From IMG/VR virus record IMGVR_UViG_3300046833_000025, positions 1 to 36,905 of that record: a DNA stretch of 36,905 nt. One strand, 5' to 3'. Below are positions 8,510 to 16,784 of this stretch, piece by piece. Source of the stretch: a virus (Duplodnaviria > Caudoviricetes). The notes under the pieces were generated by a model. It saw only the letters and a list, made by a program, of their open reading frames with translations. It searched no databases and was not told the origin of the DNA. The position numbers were made by a program, and so were the translations under genes. Numbering within the stretch: the stretch's first letter is position 1; each line of letters opens with the position of its first letter.

Positions 8510-9772
8510 ATGCCGTGGCTGAGGGTCGGCGATGACGCCGCGAATCGACCGGAGCTGCTCGAGGTCGCCTACGACGCCGGTAACGACCCTCGCATCATCA
8601 ACGAGGCTGCCGGGTTCCTGTTCCGGTGTGCGGCGTCCGCGGCCGGGTACATTACCGACTACGTCGTGACCTTCGGAACCGCCCTGCAGATCGCGGGGTC
8701 GGCCGAACGGCTGGTCGCACTCACGGATGCGTGCGTGCGCACCGGCCTGATGGAGGTCGTAGATGTCAACGGCAAGCGTGCCTGGAAGATCGTCGACAAC
8801 CCCGAGTTCATCCACATGAAAACCGAGGATGAACTCAAGTGGGAGAAGCAGCGTCGGGCTGATAACGGCTCTCCGGAGCTGACCCTGCCGATCCGTCACC
8901 GCGACGGTGACTCGTGCCGATACTGCGGACGGGTCGTGAAGTGGAACGACAAGAAGGGCGGCATCGGCGGAACCTACGATCACCGCCGACCTGGAGAGCC
9001 GGGAACGTTCGAGACCATGGTCGTGTCCTGCCGGTCGTGCAACGCGAAGCGTGGCGACGACCCGGACGCCGACCAGCGGGTGAAGCTGCTGCCGCCGCCG
9101 GATCCCGTGTACTACGACAAGACCACCATCGAGTGGATCAACAAGAGCAGCTGGGCGAAGGACAACGGCGTCCAGCTGCCACCGAAGCGGGACAAGTTCG
9201 TCCCGTTCGGGTCTGTCCCGCAAGGGCACGAGTCTCACGTGCCGGTGCCGGGGGAGCTTTTGATCGAGTCGCCTGCCGAGACGAACGCCGATGCCATCGG
9301 CGCGAACGGCCGCGGGCTTGATTCTCAGACGCCTCCTCCGATGCCAGCATGGCTCGGTGCCGCTGACCCTAAGATGACGACCTCCGCCAGCCAGGCGGAG
9401 CGGAGCGGCATCGACGGCGTCGCCACCGACGAGACCACTGTGCCGACGACGGGTGATGACGCGGCCACCGCCGCTCCCGAGTCAGGATCTCCTGCCCACC
9501 AGGGCGGTCGAGAATCGACCGGTCGAGCAGCGAGCCAGCAGTCCACCCGGCGGCGAAACAGTGCCAGACCTGCGGTGACACCCGATCTGCCGGAAAAGGC
9601 AGATCAGTCAGATCAGTGGACTGCAGGATCTGGATATGTCGGGACGGGACGGGACGGGACGGTGCGTGTCGGTAACGGTGAGGTAGGGGACGGTGACATT
9701 TCTGCTGACGGTGAGAAGTGCGGTCCGAAGAAGAAGAGACACAGGCGTCGAGGTAGGAAGAAGGGTAGGTGA
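8510..9772 (+). CDS. Putative replication initiator with HNH-like Zn-finger domain
   Basis: MPWLRVGDD N-terminus; RDGDSCRYCG...TYDH...SCRSCNAKRG HNH motif; GSGYVGTGRDGTVRVG and basic tail. Typical position at the end of the early region. Confidence 0.6.
   Translation: MPWLRVGDDAANRPELLEVAYDAGNDPRIINEAAGFLFRCAASAAGYITDYVVTFGTALQIAGSAERLVALTDACVRTGLMEVVDVNGKRAWKIVDNPEFIHMKTEDELKWEKQRRADNGSPELTLPIRHRDGDSCRYCGRVVKWNDKKGGIGGTYDHRRPGEPGTFETMVVSCRSCNAKRGDDPDADQRVKLLPPPDPVYYDKTTIEWINKSSWAKDNGVQLPPKRDKFVPFGSVPQGHESHVPVPGELLIESPAETNADAIGANGRGLDSQTPPPMPAWLGAADPKMTTSASQAERSGIDGVATDETTVPTTGDDAATAAPESGSPAHQGGRESTGRAASQQSTRRRNSARPAVTPDLPEKADQSDQWTAGSGYVGTGRDGTVRVGNGEVGDGDISADGEKCGPKKKRHRRRGRKKGR
9641..9660. 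repeat. (GGGAC)x4 tandem repeat, with CAGATCAGT x2 at 9600-9617
   Basis: Read directly from the sequence, inside the replication gene. Confidence 0.8.
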
Positions 9773-10512
9773 TCTCTGTGCTGGGTGAGGCAGAGCGTGA
9801 GGTCCTGGTCCGGGATCTGCAGGCGTTGGTGCGTCTGGGGCCGAGATTGTCGGAGATGGTGGTGCCGTCGGTGGCGGCGTCGGGGTCGAATGCTGGCGTG
9901 TGCGCGTCGGTGCCGGGGCCGAGGTCTCCAGTGCGTGAGCATCCGTTCGCGGTGGAGCACGAGTGCTGGCTGCTGTTGAAGCAGATCGTGGGTGCGGTGT
10001 GCAGCGCTGGCGGACTGTCGGCGCCGCGACGTCGGCGTCCTGGCCCCGTGCCGGTGTCGGAGCTGGCCGGGTGGCTGCTGGACCATGTCGAGGATGTGGC
10101 CGGCCACGAGCAGGCGGCGGACGCGGTGGTGGTCATCGGGCAGCAGGCGAGGCGGGTAGCTGATTTGGTGGACCCGCCCCTGTCGGCGAAAGACCCCGCC
10201 CCCTCCGAGGTAGGCCCCCGGGGTGCTGAGGACCAGGCTCCCGGGCAGCAGAGCACCCCGGCCCCGGTGGACCCGCCGCCCCCGGGCCGGGGCCAGTGGG
10301 GCGGGCCGAGCGAGGTGTCGCAGGGTGCCGCGATCCTCGGGTGGCCGGTGTCCCGGAAGACCGTCAGGCTGTGGGCGCAGGCCGGGCACGTCCGGTCCAT
10401 CGAGATCGGGGAGCGGACGAGCTACAGCCTGGAGGACGTGGTGGCTCATGCCCGTGGGATGGAGCAGCGGGTGGCTGAGTCGCGGCATGTGGTTCGGGGT
10501 GAGGTCGTCTGA
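9769..10512 (+). CDS. DNA-binding protein with C-terminal HTH, possible late regulator
   Basis: GPSEVSQGAAILGWPVSRKTVRLWAQAGHV...YSLEDV MerR-like HTH; last gene before the packaging module. Confidence 0.6.
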   Translation: MISVLGEAEREVLVRDLQALVRLGPRLSEMVVPSVAASGSNAGVCASVPGPRSPVREHPFAVEHECWLLLKQIVGAVCSAGGLSAPRRRRPGPVPVSELAGWLLDHVEDVAGHEQAADAVVVIGQQARRVADLVDPPLSAKDPAPSEVGPRGAEDQAPGQQSTPAPVDPPPPGRGQWGGPSEVSQGAAILGWPVSRKTVRLWAQAGHVRSIEIGERTSYSLEDVVAHARGMEQRVAESRHVVRGEVV

Positions 10513-10530
10513 CCTGCGTGTCCCACCTCG

Positions 10531-10591
10531 TGTGGTAGGCTTCGCCTCAGGCGAGCATTGAACCTCGGACCCGATACCGGGTTCGGGGTTC
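10531..10591 (+). promoter_or_regulatory. Extended -10 promoter followed by a hairpin
   Basis: TGTGG-TAGGCT at 10531-10541; hairpin GAACCTCGGACCCG-ATAC-CGGGTTCGGGGTTC at 10560-10591. Confidence 0.5.
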
Positions 10592-10715
10592 TCGTCATTG
10601 TGAGGATGGCGAAGCGTCGCCGTTCGTGTGGAGCAGTCAGGTGGTCGGGGTCGTCACCCTCGATGTCGTCGACCACCGTTCTTCGTTGCACGAGCATGAC
10701 CTCATGGAGGTGTCG

Positions 10716-10979
10716 ATGGCCAGGACCTCGGATCGCAGGTATCGGGCACTTCGTGCGAGGGTGCTGGAGGGCAAGGGCATCGTCTGTGCCGGGTGCGGTG
10801 AACCGATCGACAAGTCGCTGCCGTTCCCGCATCCGATGTCGGCGACCGCCGACCACATCAACCCGGTCGGTCGCGGCGGTTCGAACCACGGGAAGCTCCA
10901 GCCGATGCACCTGCTCTGCAACCAGCGCAAGGGCAAGCGGGTCGGCCTCCCAGAGACCAAGCACTCCCGGCGGTGGTGA
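10716..10979 (+). CDS. HNH endonuclease, terminase-associated type
   Basis: GGAGG RBS before ATG 10716; CAGCG...ATADHINP..RGG...LQPMHLLCNQRKG. Confidence 0.85.
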   Translation: MARTSDRRYRALRARVLEGKGIVCAGCGEPIDKSLPFPHPMSATADHINPVGRGGSNHGKLQPMHLLCNQRKGKRVGLPETKHSRRW

Positions 10980-11120
10980 CCGGCCGGCGCGGCGGGGATA
11001 AGCGATCACCAATGCTCGAGTTCCGGAACGATGAAAAACTCAGGGGGTGGGGGTTGCCCCCCTCGGCCCCAGGCGCGGTAGGACACGGCATTGAGCCCAA
11101 TATCCCCCCGCCGATCTGAA
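10980..11120. other. Candidate cos / packaging-site region
   Basis: Non-coding G-run/C-run segment (GGGGGTGGGGG...CCCCC...TATCCCCCCG) between HNH and terminase, where cos phages usually have their ends. Exact site not identifiable. Confidence 0.35.
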
Positions 11121-11250
11121 ACCCAGCTGGTCAGAATACCAGGTCGCCGGATTCCGGCCCCAGGCCCCGTCTCCCGCCCGTTCTCGCCCCAGACCCTGCT
11201 CGAAGTCCCCCGCAGAACCTGCCGATTCATACTCTGACCTGCATAAACAT

Positions 11251-11280
11251 GTGACAAGCCGCAGGTCGGCGGGGTAGAAT
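11251..11280 (+). promoter_or_regulatory. SigA-type promoter giving a leaderless transcript
   Basis: GTGACA 11251-11256, 18 nt, TAGAAT 11275-11280; ATG 7 nt later with no RBS. Inverted repeat CTGACCTGC/GCAGGTCGG flanks the -35. Confidence 0.6.
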
Positions 11281-11287
11281 CGACCCC

Positions 11288-11821
11288 ATGAAGACATGCG
11301 AGAGCTGCGGTTGCGACCTGGTCAAGCCCAGGCGCGGACCAACGCCGCGCACCTGCGGCCAGCGCTGCCGCAAGCGCCTGTCCCGATCCCGTGCTCTCAC
11401 CGGCCCCTACCCCGAGGCCATGCGCCGCAAGACCCAGTGGACCTGCGCCGCCGGCAAGCGCCCAGTTCGAACCGACGGTGCCCCGGCGTCCTCGACGAAC
11501 CCGAGCACCTGGTCCAGCTTCACCGCAGTCCGAGACCGTCCACACGGCTTCATGTGCGGCGCCGGCATCGGCTGCATCGACCTCGACCACTGCCTCGACG
11601 ACCACGGGCGCCCCAACGCGCACACGGCCCGCATCCTCGCACTGAACCCCGACGCCTTCGTCGAGATCAGCGTCTCCGGAACCGGCCTGCACATCTTCGG
11701 CCTCCGCGACCGCGCACCGGGCATCCGCCGACCCGGCCTGGAGGTCTACTCCGCCGGACGGTTCATCCGCACCACCGGCAACGTCTTCCGCAACGGAGGG
11801 CTTCACCCACTGAACTTCTGA
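11288..11821 (+). CDS. Small AEP primase-polymerase-like protein with N-terminal Zn finger
   Basis: CESCG...TCGQRCR; ASSTNPSTWSSF; CIDLDHC; EISVSGTGLHIF; LEVYSAGRF..TGN. These are motifs of phage prim-pol domains. Confidence 0.75.
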   Translation: MKTCESCGCDLVKPRRGPTPRTCGQRCRKRLSRSRALTGPYPEAMRRKTQWTCAAGKRPVRTDGAPASSTNPSTWSSFTAVRDRPHGFMCGAGIGCIDLDHCLDDHGRPNAHTARILALNPDAFVEISVSGTGLHIFGLRDRAPGIRRPGLEVYSAGRFIRTTGNVFRNGGLHPLNF

Positions 11822-11850
11822 CCGGGCATCGAGCCGGGGGAGGGGACACC

Positions 11851-12129
11851 ATGGCCGCCGGATCGAACCGGCCGGTCCGCTCGGCGCTGCGCGCTGCCCG
11901 GTCTGGCGACACCCGAGAGATGCTCACCGCCCTGCGGGACCGACTCGCCGCCGACATCGACGCCGCAGCGATCGACGGCGACCTCCGACTGCCCGCGTTC
12001 ATCTCCACGAAGCTGATCGACGTCAACGACCGCCTCGCGGCCCTGGACGCCGCTACCACCACCACGAAGAAGGAGGGATCGGCCCTTGACGAGCTCGCTG
12101 CACGCCGCAACCGGACGGCAGGAACCTAG
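11851..12129 (+). CDS. terS: Terminase small subunit
   Basis: GGAGG RBS before ATG 11851; LTALRDRLAADID...SALDELAARR pattern; overlaps the start of terL. Confidence 0.7.
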   Translation: MAAGSNRPVRSALRAARSGDTREMLTALRDRLAADIDAAAIDGDLRLPAFISTKLIDVNDRLAALDAATTTTKKEGSALDELAARRNRTAGT

Positions 12130-13546
12130 CTTCCGCGCCGACCCGCCCACCGTCGCCTCCACCCAGGACGCAGAGGACGCCACATTCCTCTCCGCCGCCT
12201 ACGGACTGACCCTCGACCCCTTCCAGGAGCGCATCCTCGACGCCTGGCTCGCCCGCCGCACAGATGACCGCCTCGCCGCCCCGCGCGCCGGGCTGGCCAT
12301 CCCCCGCCAGAACGGCAAGAACGGTGCCCTGGAGGCCTACGAGCTGTTCGCGACGGTGGTCCTGGGGCGCAAGGTCCTCCACACCGCCCATGAGGTCAAG
12401 ACCGGCCGCAAGGCCTTCGTCCGCCTGTGCCGGTTCTTCGAGCGCAATGATGAGCTCCGCGACCGGGTCGAGTCGATCCGCAAGACCAACGGCCAGGAGT
12501 CCATCGTGCTGACCAATGGCGGGTCCGTGGAGTTCATCGCCCGCTCGAAGTCTTCCGGGCGTGGCTTCACCGTCGACACGATCGTCCTCGACGAGGCCCA
12601 GGAACTGTCTGTCGAGGCCATGGAAGCCCTGCTGCCGACGATGTCCTCGGCGCCGTCCGGCGACTCGCAGGTGATCATGCTCGGCACCCCGCCGGCGCCG
12701 GGCAACGACGGCGAGATGTTCACCCGGTGGCACGACGCCGCCCACGACGCCGCGGACCCCGGCCTGTCATGGCTGGAGTGGTCCGCTGACCGCCCAGAGG
12801 GCGGCTCAGTGGACCTCGACGACCAGGAGAACTGGGAGCGCGCCAACCCCGCCCTCGGCGGCCGTATGAGCCTGGACGTGGTCTCCGGCGAGCGAGCCAC
12901 GTTCCCGGACCAGTCCTTCGCCCGCGAGCGACTGGGCATGTGGGCCACCGAGGAGTCCGAGCGTGTCCTCCCGCTGGCACAGTGGGAGGCATGCTCTAAC
13001 CCGAACCTCGTCGACGACGGCGGGGAAGTGGCCCTGGCCATCGACGTCAACCCGGCCCGCGACTGCGCGTCCATCGCCGCCGCCGGGGCCACCGTCGACG
13101 GGACCCCCTTCGTCGACGTCATCGAGACCCGCCGCGGCACCCCGGACTGGCTCCTGGAGCGCGTCGCCTCGATCTGTTCCCGCCAGCCCGTCCGCGCCGT
13201 CCTCATCGACGGCAAGGGCCCCGCCGCATCACTGATCGACCCGCTCAAGCGCCGCAAGGTCAAAGTCTCGGTCACAGGCGCCGGCAACATGGCCGCCGCC
13301 GTCGCCGAGTTCTACGACGCCGTCATGGCCGAGCGCGTCTGGCACCTCGACCAGCCGGGCCTGAACCTCGCCGCCTCCGTGGCTCGCAAGCGCCGCCTCG
13401 GCGACGCCTGGGCCTGGAACCGCAAGGACACCGACTCCGACATCACCCCGCTCGTCGCCGTGACCCTGGCCCTGTTCGGTCACGCCTACACCGGCGTCGA
13501 GCGCCCCCGTCCCCGCAAGTCCTCCGGAAAGGTGGTGGTCTGGTGA
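12086..13546 (+). CDS. terL: Terminase large subunit
   Basis: IPRQNGKN Walker A, GRGFTVDTIVLDEAQ Walker B, GTPP, ANPALG, AIDV nuclease Asp, DITPLVAVTLA. Confidence 0.95.
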   Translation: MTSSLHAATGRQEPSFRADPPTVASTQDAEDATFLSAAYGLTLDPFQERILDAWLARRTDDRLAAPRAGLAIPRQNGKNGALEAYELFATVVLGRKVLHTAHEVKTGRKAFVRLCRFFERNDELRDRVESIRKTNGQESIVLTNGGSVEFIARSKSSGRGFTVDTIVLDEAQELSVEAMEALLPTMSSAPSGDSQVIMLGTPPAPGNDGEMFTRWHDAAHDAADPGLSWLEWSADRPEGGSVDLDDQENWERANPALGGRMSLDVVSGERATFPDQSFARERLGMWATEESERVLPLAQWEACSNPNLVDDGGEVALAIDVNPARDCASIAAAGATVDGTPFVDVIETRRGTPDWLLERVASICSRQPVRAVLIDGKGPAASLIDPLKRRKVKVSVTGAGNMAAAVAEFYDAVMAERVWHLDQPGLNLAASVARKRRLGDAWAWNRKDTDSDITPLVAVTLALFGHAYTGVERPRPRKSSGKVVVW

Positions 13547-14943
13547 ACCTCGACAAACTCACCGACGATGAGAAGCCCCTCGTCAAGCACATGATCGCCA
13601 AGATCAGCGACCACGCCAAGGCGAACAAGACCCACGAGGACTACTACGACGGAAGCTTCCGGCCAGGGTTTCTCGGCATCGGCCTTCCGAAGAACGCTGA
13701 GAAGCTCGAGATGGTCACCGGCTGGCCGGCCACCGCCGTCGACGTCCTCGAGGAACGGCTCGACATCACCGGCTTCGGCGACGACGAGACCCTCACCGAC
13801 ATCTTCACCGCCAACTCCCTCGACACCGAGGCCTCACAAGTCCACCTCGACGCCCTGATCTACGGCATGTCCTTCGCCTCCGTCACCGCCGGCGGACCCG
13901 GCGAACCCGAGGTGCTCATCCGCGGACACGACGCGAAGTCCACCACCGGGGTCTTCAACCCCCGCACCAAGCGCCTGGACGCCGCCCTGTCCCGCGAAAC
14001 CAACGACGACGGCGACGTCACCGACATCACCCTGTGGACCCCCGCAGAGATCGTCACCGCCCACCGAGAGAAAGCCAACGACCCCTGGAACGTCATCGAC
14101 CGCACCCCCCACGGACTCGGCCGAGTCCCCATGGTCGCCTTCATCAACCGCCCTCGCGCCGGTGACCGCGCCGGGCGCTCGGAGATATCAAAGGCTGTGA
14201 GGCGGTACACGGACTCCGCGGTGAGGTCCCTGACGTCGATGGACGTCAACCGCGAGTTCTTCTCCGCGCCTCAGCGCTACCTCATCGGCGCTGACGACGA
14301 GCAGTTCGTCGGTGCGGACGGAAAGCGGACGTCCTCCTGGCAGATCGTCACGGGCCGTCTCTGGTCCGTGCCGACCCCGGAGGAGGGCGAGCAGCCGAAG
14401 CTCGGCCAGTTCGATCCCATGAGCCCCGGGCCGTACCTCGACCAGGTCCGGGGGCTCGCTCAGCTCCTCGCCGCAGAGGCCGCGATCCCTGCGTCCTACC
14501 TTGGCTTTACCACGGAGAATCCATCCTCGGCGGACGCCATCCGCCAGATGGAGGCTCGCCTCGTCAAGCGTGCCGAGAGGCGACAGGTACAGTTCGGCCA
14601 CTCCTGGTCCGAGATCGGGCGCCTGGCGCTCGCCTCGGCGACGGGGGAGTCCGCAGACGCCGTCGACCGCCCGGCCGTGCAGTGGGCGGAAGCCTCCACC
14701 CCGACCTTCGCCGCGACGGTCGACGGGCTGAGCAAGCTCGTTCAGAACGAGATGGTCCCGAAGAACTCCGCGTGGGTCTGGGACCAGCTCGGCCTGCCCC
14801 CGGAGACACAGCGTCAGCTCAAGGCAGAGCTCGCACAGCAGCGCATGAGTGAGCTGTCCGCGACCGGCCAGGGCGTCACTTCACAGGCAGTGGAGCTCGC
14901 CCGGATGAACCGACAGTCCGGATCCAGCGACAGTGCCGAGTAA
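13543..14943 (+). CDS. Portal protein (SPP1 gp6-like)
   Basis: DYYDG, GWPATAVDVLEERL, HGLGRVPMV, GRSEI, EFFSAPQRY, NPSSADAIR; follows terL. Confidence 0.92.
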   Translation: MNLDKLTDDEKPLVKHMIAKISDHAKANKTHEDYYDGSFRPGFLGIGLPKNAEKLEMVTGWPATAVDVLEERLDITGFGDDETLTDIFTANSLDTEASQVHLDALIYGMSFASVTAGGPGEPEVLIRGHDAKSTTGVFNPRTKRLDAALSRETNDDGDVTDITLWTPAEIVTAHREKANDPWNVIDRTPHGLGRVPMVAFINRPRAGDRAGRSEISKAVRRYTDSAVRSLTSMDVNREFFSAPQRYLIGADDEQFVGADGKRTSSWQIVTGRLWSVPTPEEGEQPKLGQFDPMSPGPYLDQVRGLAQLLAAEAAIPASYLGFTTENPSSADAIRQMEARLVKRAERRQVQFGHSWSEIGRLALASATGESADAVDRPAVQWAEASTPTFAATVDGLSKLVQNEMVPKNSAWVWDQLGLPPETQRQLKAELAQQRMSELSATGQGVTSQAVELARMNRQSGSSDSAE

Positions 14944-14958
14944 GGGAGGTGATGCTCA

Positions 14959-16203
14959 GTGCGAGATCTCGTGGCGGAAAAGCAGTATACGGAAGCTCTC
15001 GACGGCCTGCGACTGCTCGCACAGCGTGATCTGCTGTCCTGGTGGAAGCAGACCGAGCACCTCGCCTGGGCAGACCAGTTGAAGCTCATGGAGGAGCCCT
15101 TCGCCGAAATCGTCCGCACCTACGGTGAGCAGGCGGCGTACTCAGCGGCCGACTACCTGTTCCTTCAGCGCAGCCTCTCGGACTCGCTGAGGGGCCTGGA
15201 GTACCCGGAGACGGCGGACCCGGTCGCCTTCGAGCAGGCACGGTCCTCCTACCGCTGGGCGATGAACACCACGAAGACCGCGGCTGCCGAGGACGGGACG
15301 ATCATCGCGGACCGGGTTGCGGCGCTGAACAAGCTGGCGGGAATCACCAACCGGCTCGTCGTAAGCCCCGCACGCAACACCGTCGAAAACGCCGTGGCGA
15401 AGGCCGGCACCCGCTACGCGAGAGTGCCCGAACCGGCTGCCTGCTCGTTCTGCCTCATGCTCGGTTCCAGAGGAGCTGTCTACAGCAAGAAGACAGTGCT
15501 CAAGGACTCCGGCATGGGGAAGTACCACGACAACTGCAGATGCCTCGGAATCGAGTGCGAAGGAGATCACGACCTCCCGAAGATCAACCAGGAGCTGCAG
15601 CAACTCTGGAAGGACACCGCTGACGACTACGGGGACACCCCGACGATCGAAATCTTCGGGGAGGCACTGCACCGGCAGCGTGACGGAACGACCCCACCGT
15701 GGATCCCCATCGACGCCAGGCGCATCAACCAGGCACCGGGCAAGGACCGCGGCCCACTCGGCAGCGTGCTCTCCGTGGACGAGATCGAGCAGAAAAGGCT
15801 CTACGGAACACCGTCAACCCTGCCGGACACTCCCCGCAACGCCAAGGACCAGAAAGTCTGGGACCAGGAGCAGAAAGCCATCGACTGGCTCTACGCAGCC
15901 GGCGCCCGCGACATCCGACGGGTCGGCCTCGGCAGTGAAATCGGAGAGCCGATCAAGACCCCCGACATCGTGATCGACGGACAACACCCCACCGACATCA
16001 AGACGGTCGGGGTCCAGCGGATGAACGACCAGTCACGAAAGGGCGCGAAGCAGTCCCGACAGCTCGTCTTCGACGTCCGCGGAGACCCGGCGTCAGCAGC
16101 AGAGATCGACAGCGCCATCCGCCGGACAGTCAGAAACGAAGGCGACCGGCTGGACCGTATACTGGTGATCACTGACCAGCAGCCATACATCTGGGAGAGG
16201 TGA
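14959..16203 (+). CDS. Minor head / MuF-like protein with C-terminal PD-(D/E)XK (CdiA-type) nuclease domain
   Basis: Position between portal and scaffold; RYARVPEPAACSFCLMLGSRGAVY...YHDNCRC. C-terminal E...KTPDIVIDG..TDIKT...KGAKQ..LVFD. Confidence 0.8.
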   Translation: MRDLVAEKQYTEALDGLRLLAQRDLLSWWKQTEHLAWADQLKLMEEPFAEIVRTYGEQAAYSAADYLFLQRSLSDSLRGLEYPETADPVAFEQARSSYRWAMNTTKTAAAEDGTIIADRVAALNKLAGITNRLVVSPARNTVENAVAKAGTRYARVPEPAACSFCLMLGSRGAVYSKKTVLKDSGMGKYHDNCRCLGIECEGDHDLPKINQELQQLWKDTADDYGDTPTIEIFGEALHRQRDGTTPPWIPIDARRINQAPGKDRGPLGSVLSVDEIEQKRLYGTPSTLPDTPRNAKDQKVWDQEQKAIDWLYAAGARDIRRVGLGSEIGEPIKTPDIVIDGQHPTDIKTVGVQRMNDQSRKGAKQSRQLVFDVRGDPASAAEIDSAIRRTVRNEGDRLDRILVITDQQPYIWER

Positions 16204-16206
16204 ACA

Positions 16207-16557
16207 ATGTCAGTCACACCGAGTATCGAGATCATCGAAGGACCGCGGACCGCAGCAGAAGCACGAGCCATGCTGGACCGCCTCGTCCCGACCGCCGACC
16301 AGGGCTGGTACCTCATCGCCGGCAGTCCGGCGGCCGTCTACGACGAGGACGAGGATGCCGTACTGAGTATCGAGATCAACACCCTCGAAGACACTGTCAC
16401 CGCCCAGTTCCAGGACCTGTTCGACAACCTCTGTGAGGCGACCGACTGGCACATCCGTCTCGACTGGGACGGGCCCGACGAGTGGCCCGACTTCCCCTAC
16501 ACGTCGAAGGACAGATCCCCAGGACAGCAGGCCCAGGACCTCTGGCCCGCAGCCTGA
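16207..16557 (+). CDS. Acidic small protein, putative immunity protein
   Basis: GGAGAGG RBS, starts 3 nt after the toxin-bearing gene, 116 aa, very D/E-rich; not a core head gene. Confidence 0.6.
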   Translation: MSVTPSIEIIEGPRTAAEARAMLDRLVPTADQGWYLIAGSPAAVYDEDEDAVLSIEINTLEDTVTAQFQDLFDNLCEATDWHIRLDWDGPDEWPDFPYTSKDRSPGQQAQDLWPAA

Positions 16558-16573
16558 TCAACACCAACATCTC

Positions 16574-16607
16574 ACACCCGGCCCGCCGCCCACGGCGCGC
16601 CGGGTGT
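16574..16607 (+). terminator. GC-rich hairpin (terminator or processing site)
   Basis: ACACCCGGC/GCCGGGTGT outer stem with CGCCG/CGGCG inner stem; no clear U-tract. Confidence 0.5.
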
Positions 16608-16617
16608 CGTCATTCAC

Positions 16618-16718
16618 GGAGGGGCATCCGGCGCAGGTCGCCGGGCCGGGATAGCGTCCCGGCGCACAGGCTCGGGGAGAACGCCTGTGTGAGGTTCGAG
16701 TCCTCGCCCGCTCCACCA
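16618..16718 (+). tRNA. Non-canonical tRNA-Sec-like (8/4-type) RNA, anticodon AGC, encoded CCA
   Basis: Hand fold: GGAGGGGC-AT-CCGGCG/CAGGT/CGCCGG-GCCGGG/ATAGCGT/CCCGGC-GCACAGGC/11 nt/GCCTGTGT-GAGG/TTCGAGT/CCTC-GCCCGCTCC-A-CCA. Confidence 0.8.
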
Positions 16719-16750
16719 ACCCCGCGCCCTGGAGGTGTCGGGGTCTTGTT
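16719..16750 (+). terminator. Hairpin immediately after the tRNA-like gene
   Basis: ACCCCG...CGGGGT stem followed by CTTGTTGT. Confidence 0.5.
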
Positions 16751-16784
16751 GTATCCACCCCGTTGTTCCCCTGGAGGAGAACTC

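Noticed and set aside
16618-16718. Functional selenocysteine tRNA (selC) or an att-site tRNA fragment
   Set aside because: The anticodon is AGC rather than UCA and the discriminator is A. The gene is full length and lies mid-head-module with no sel genes or integrase nearby.
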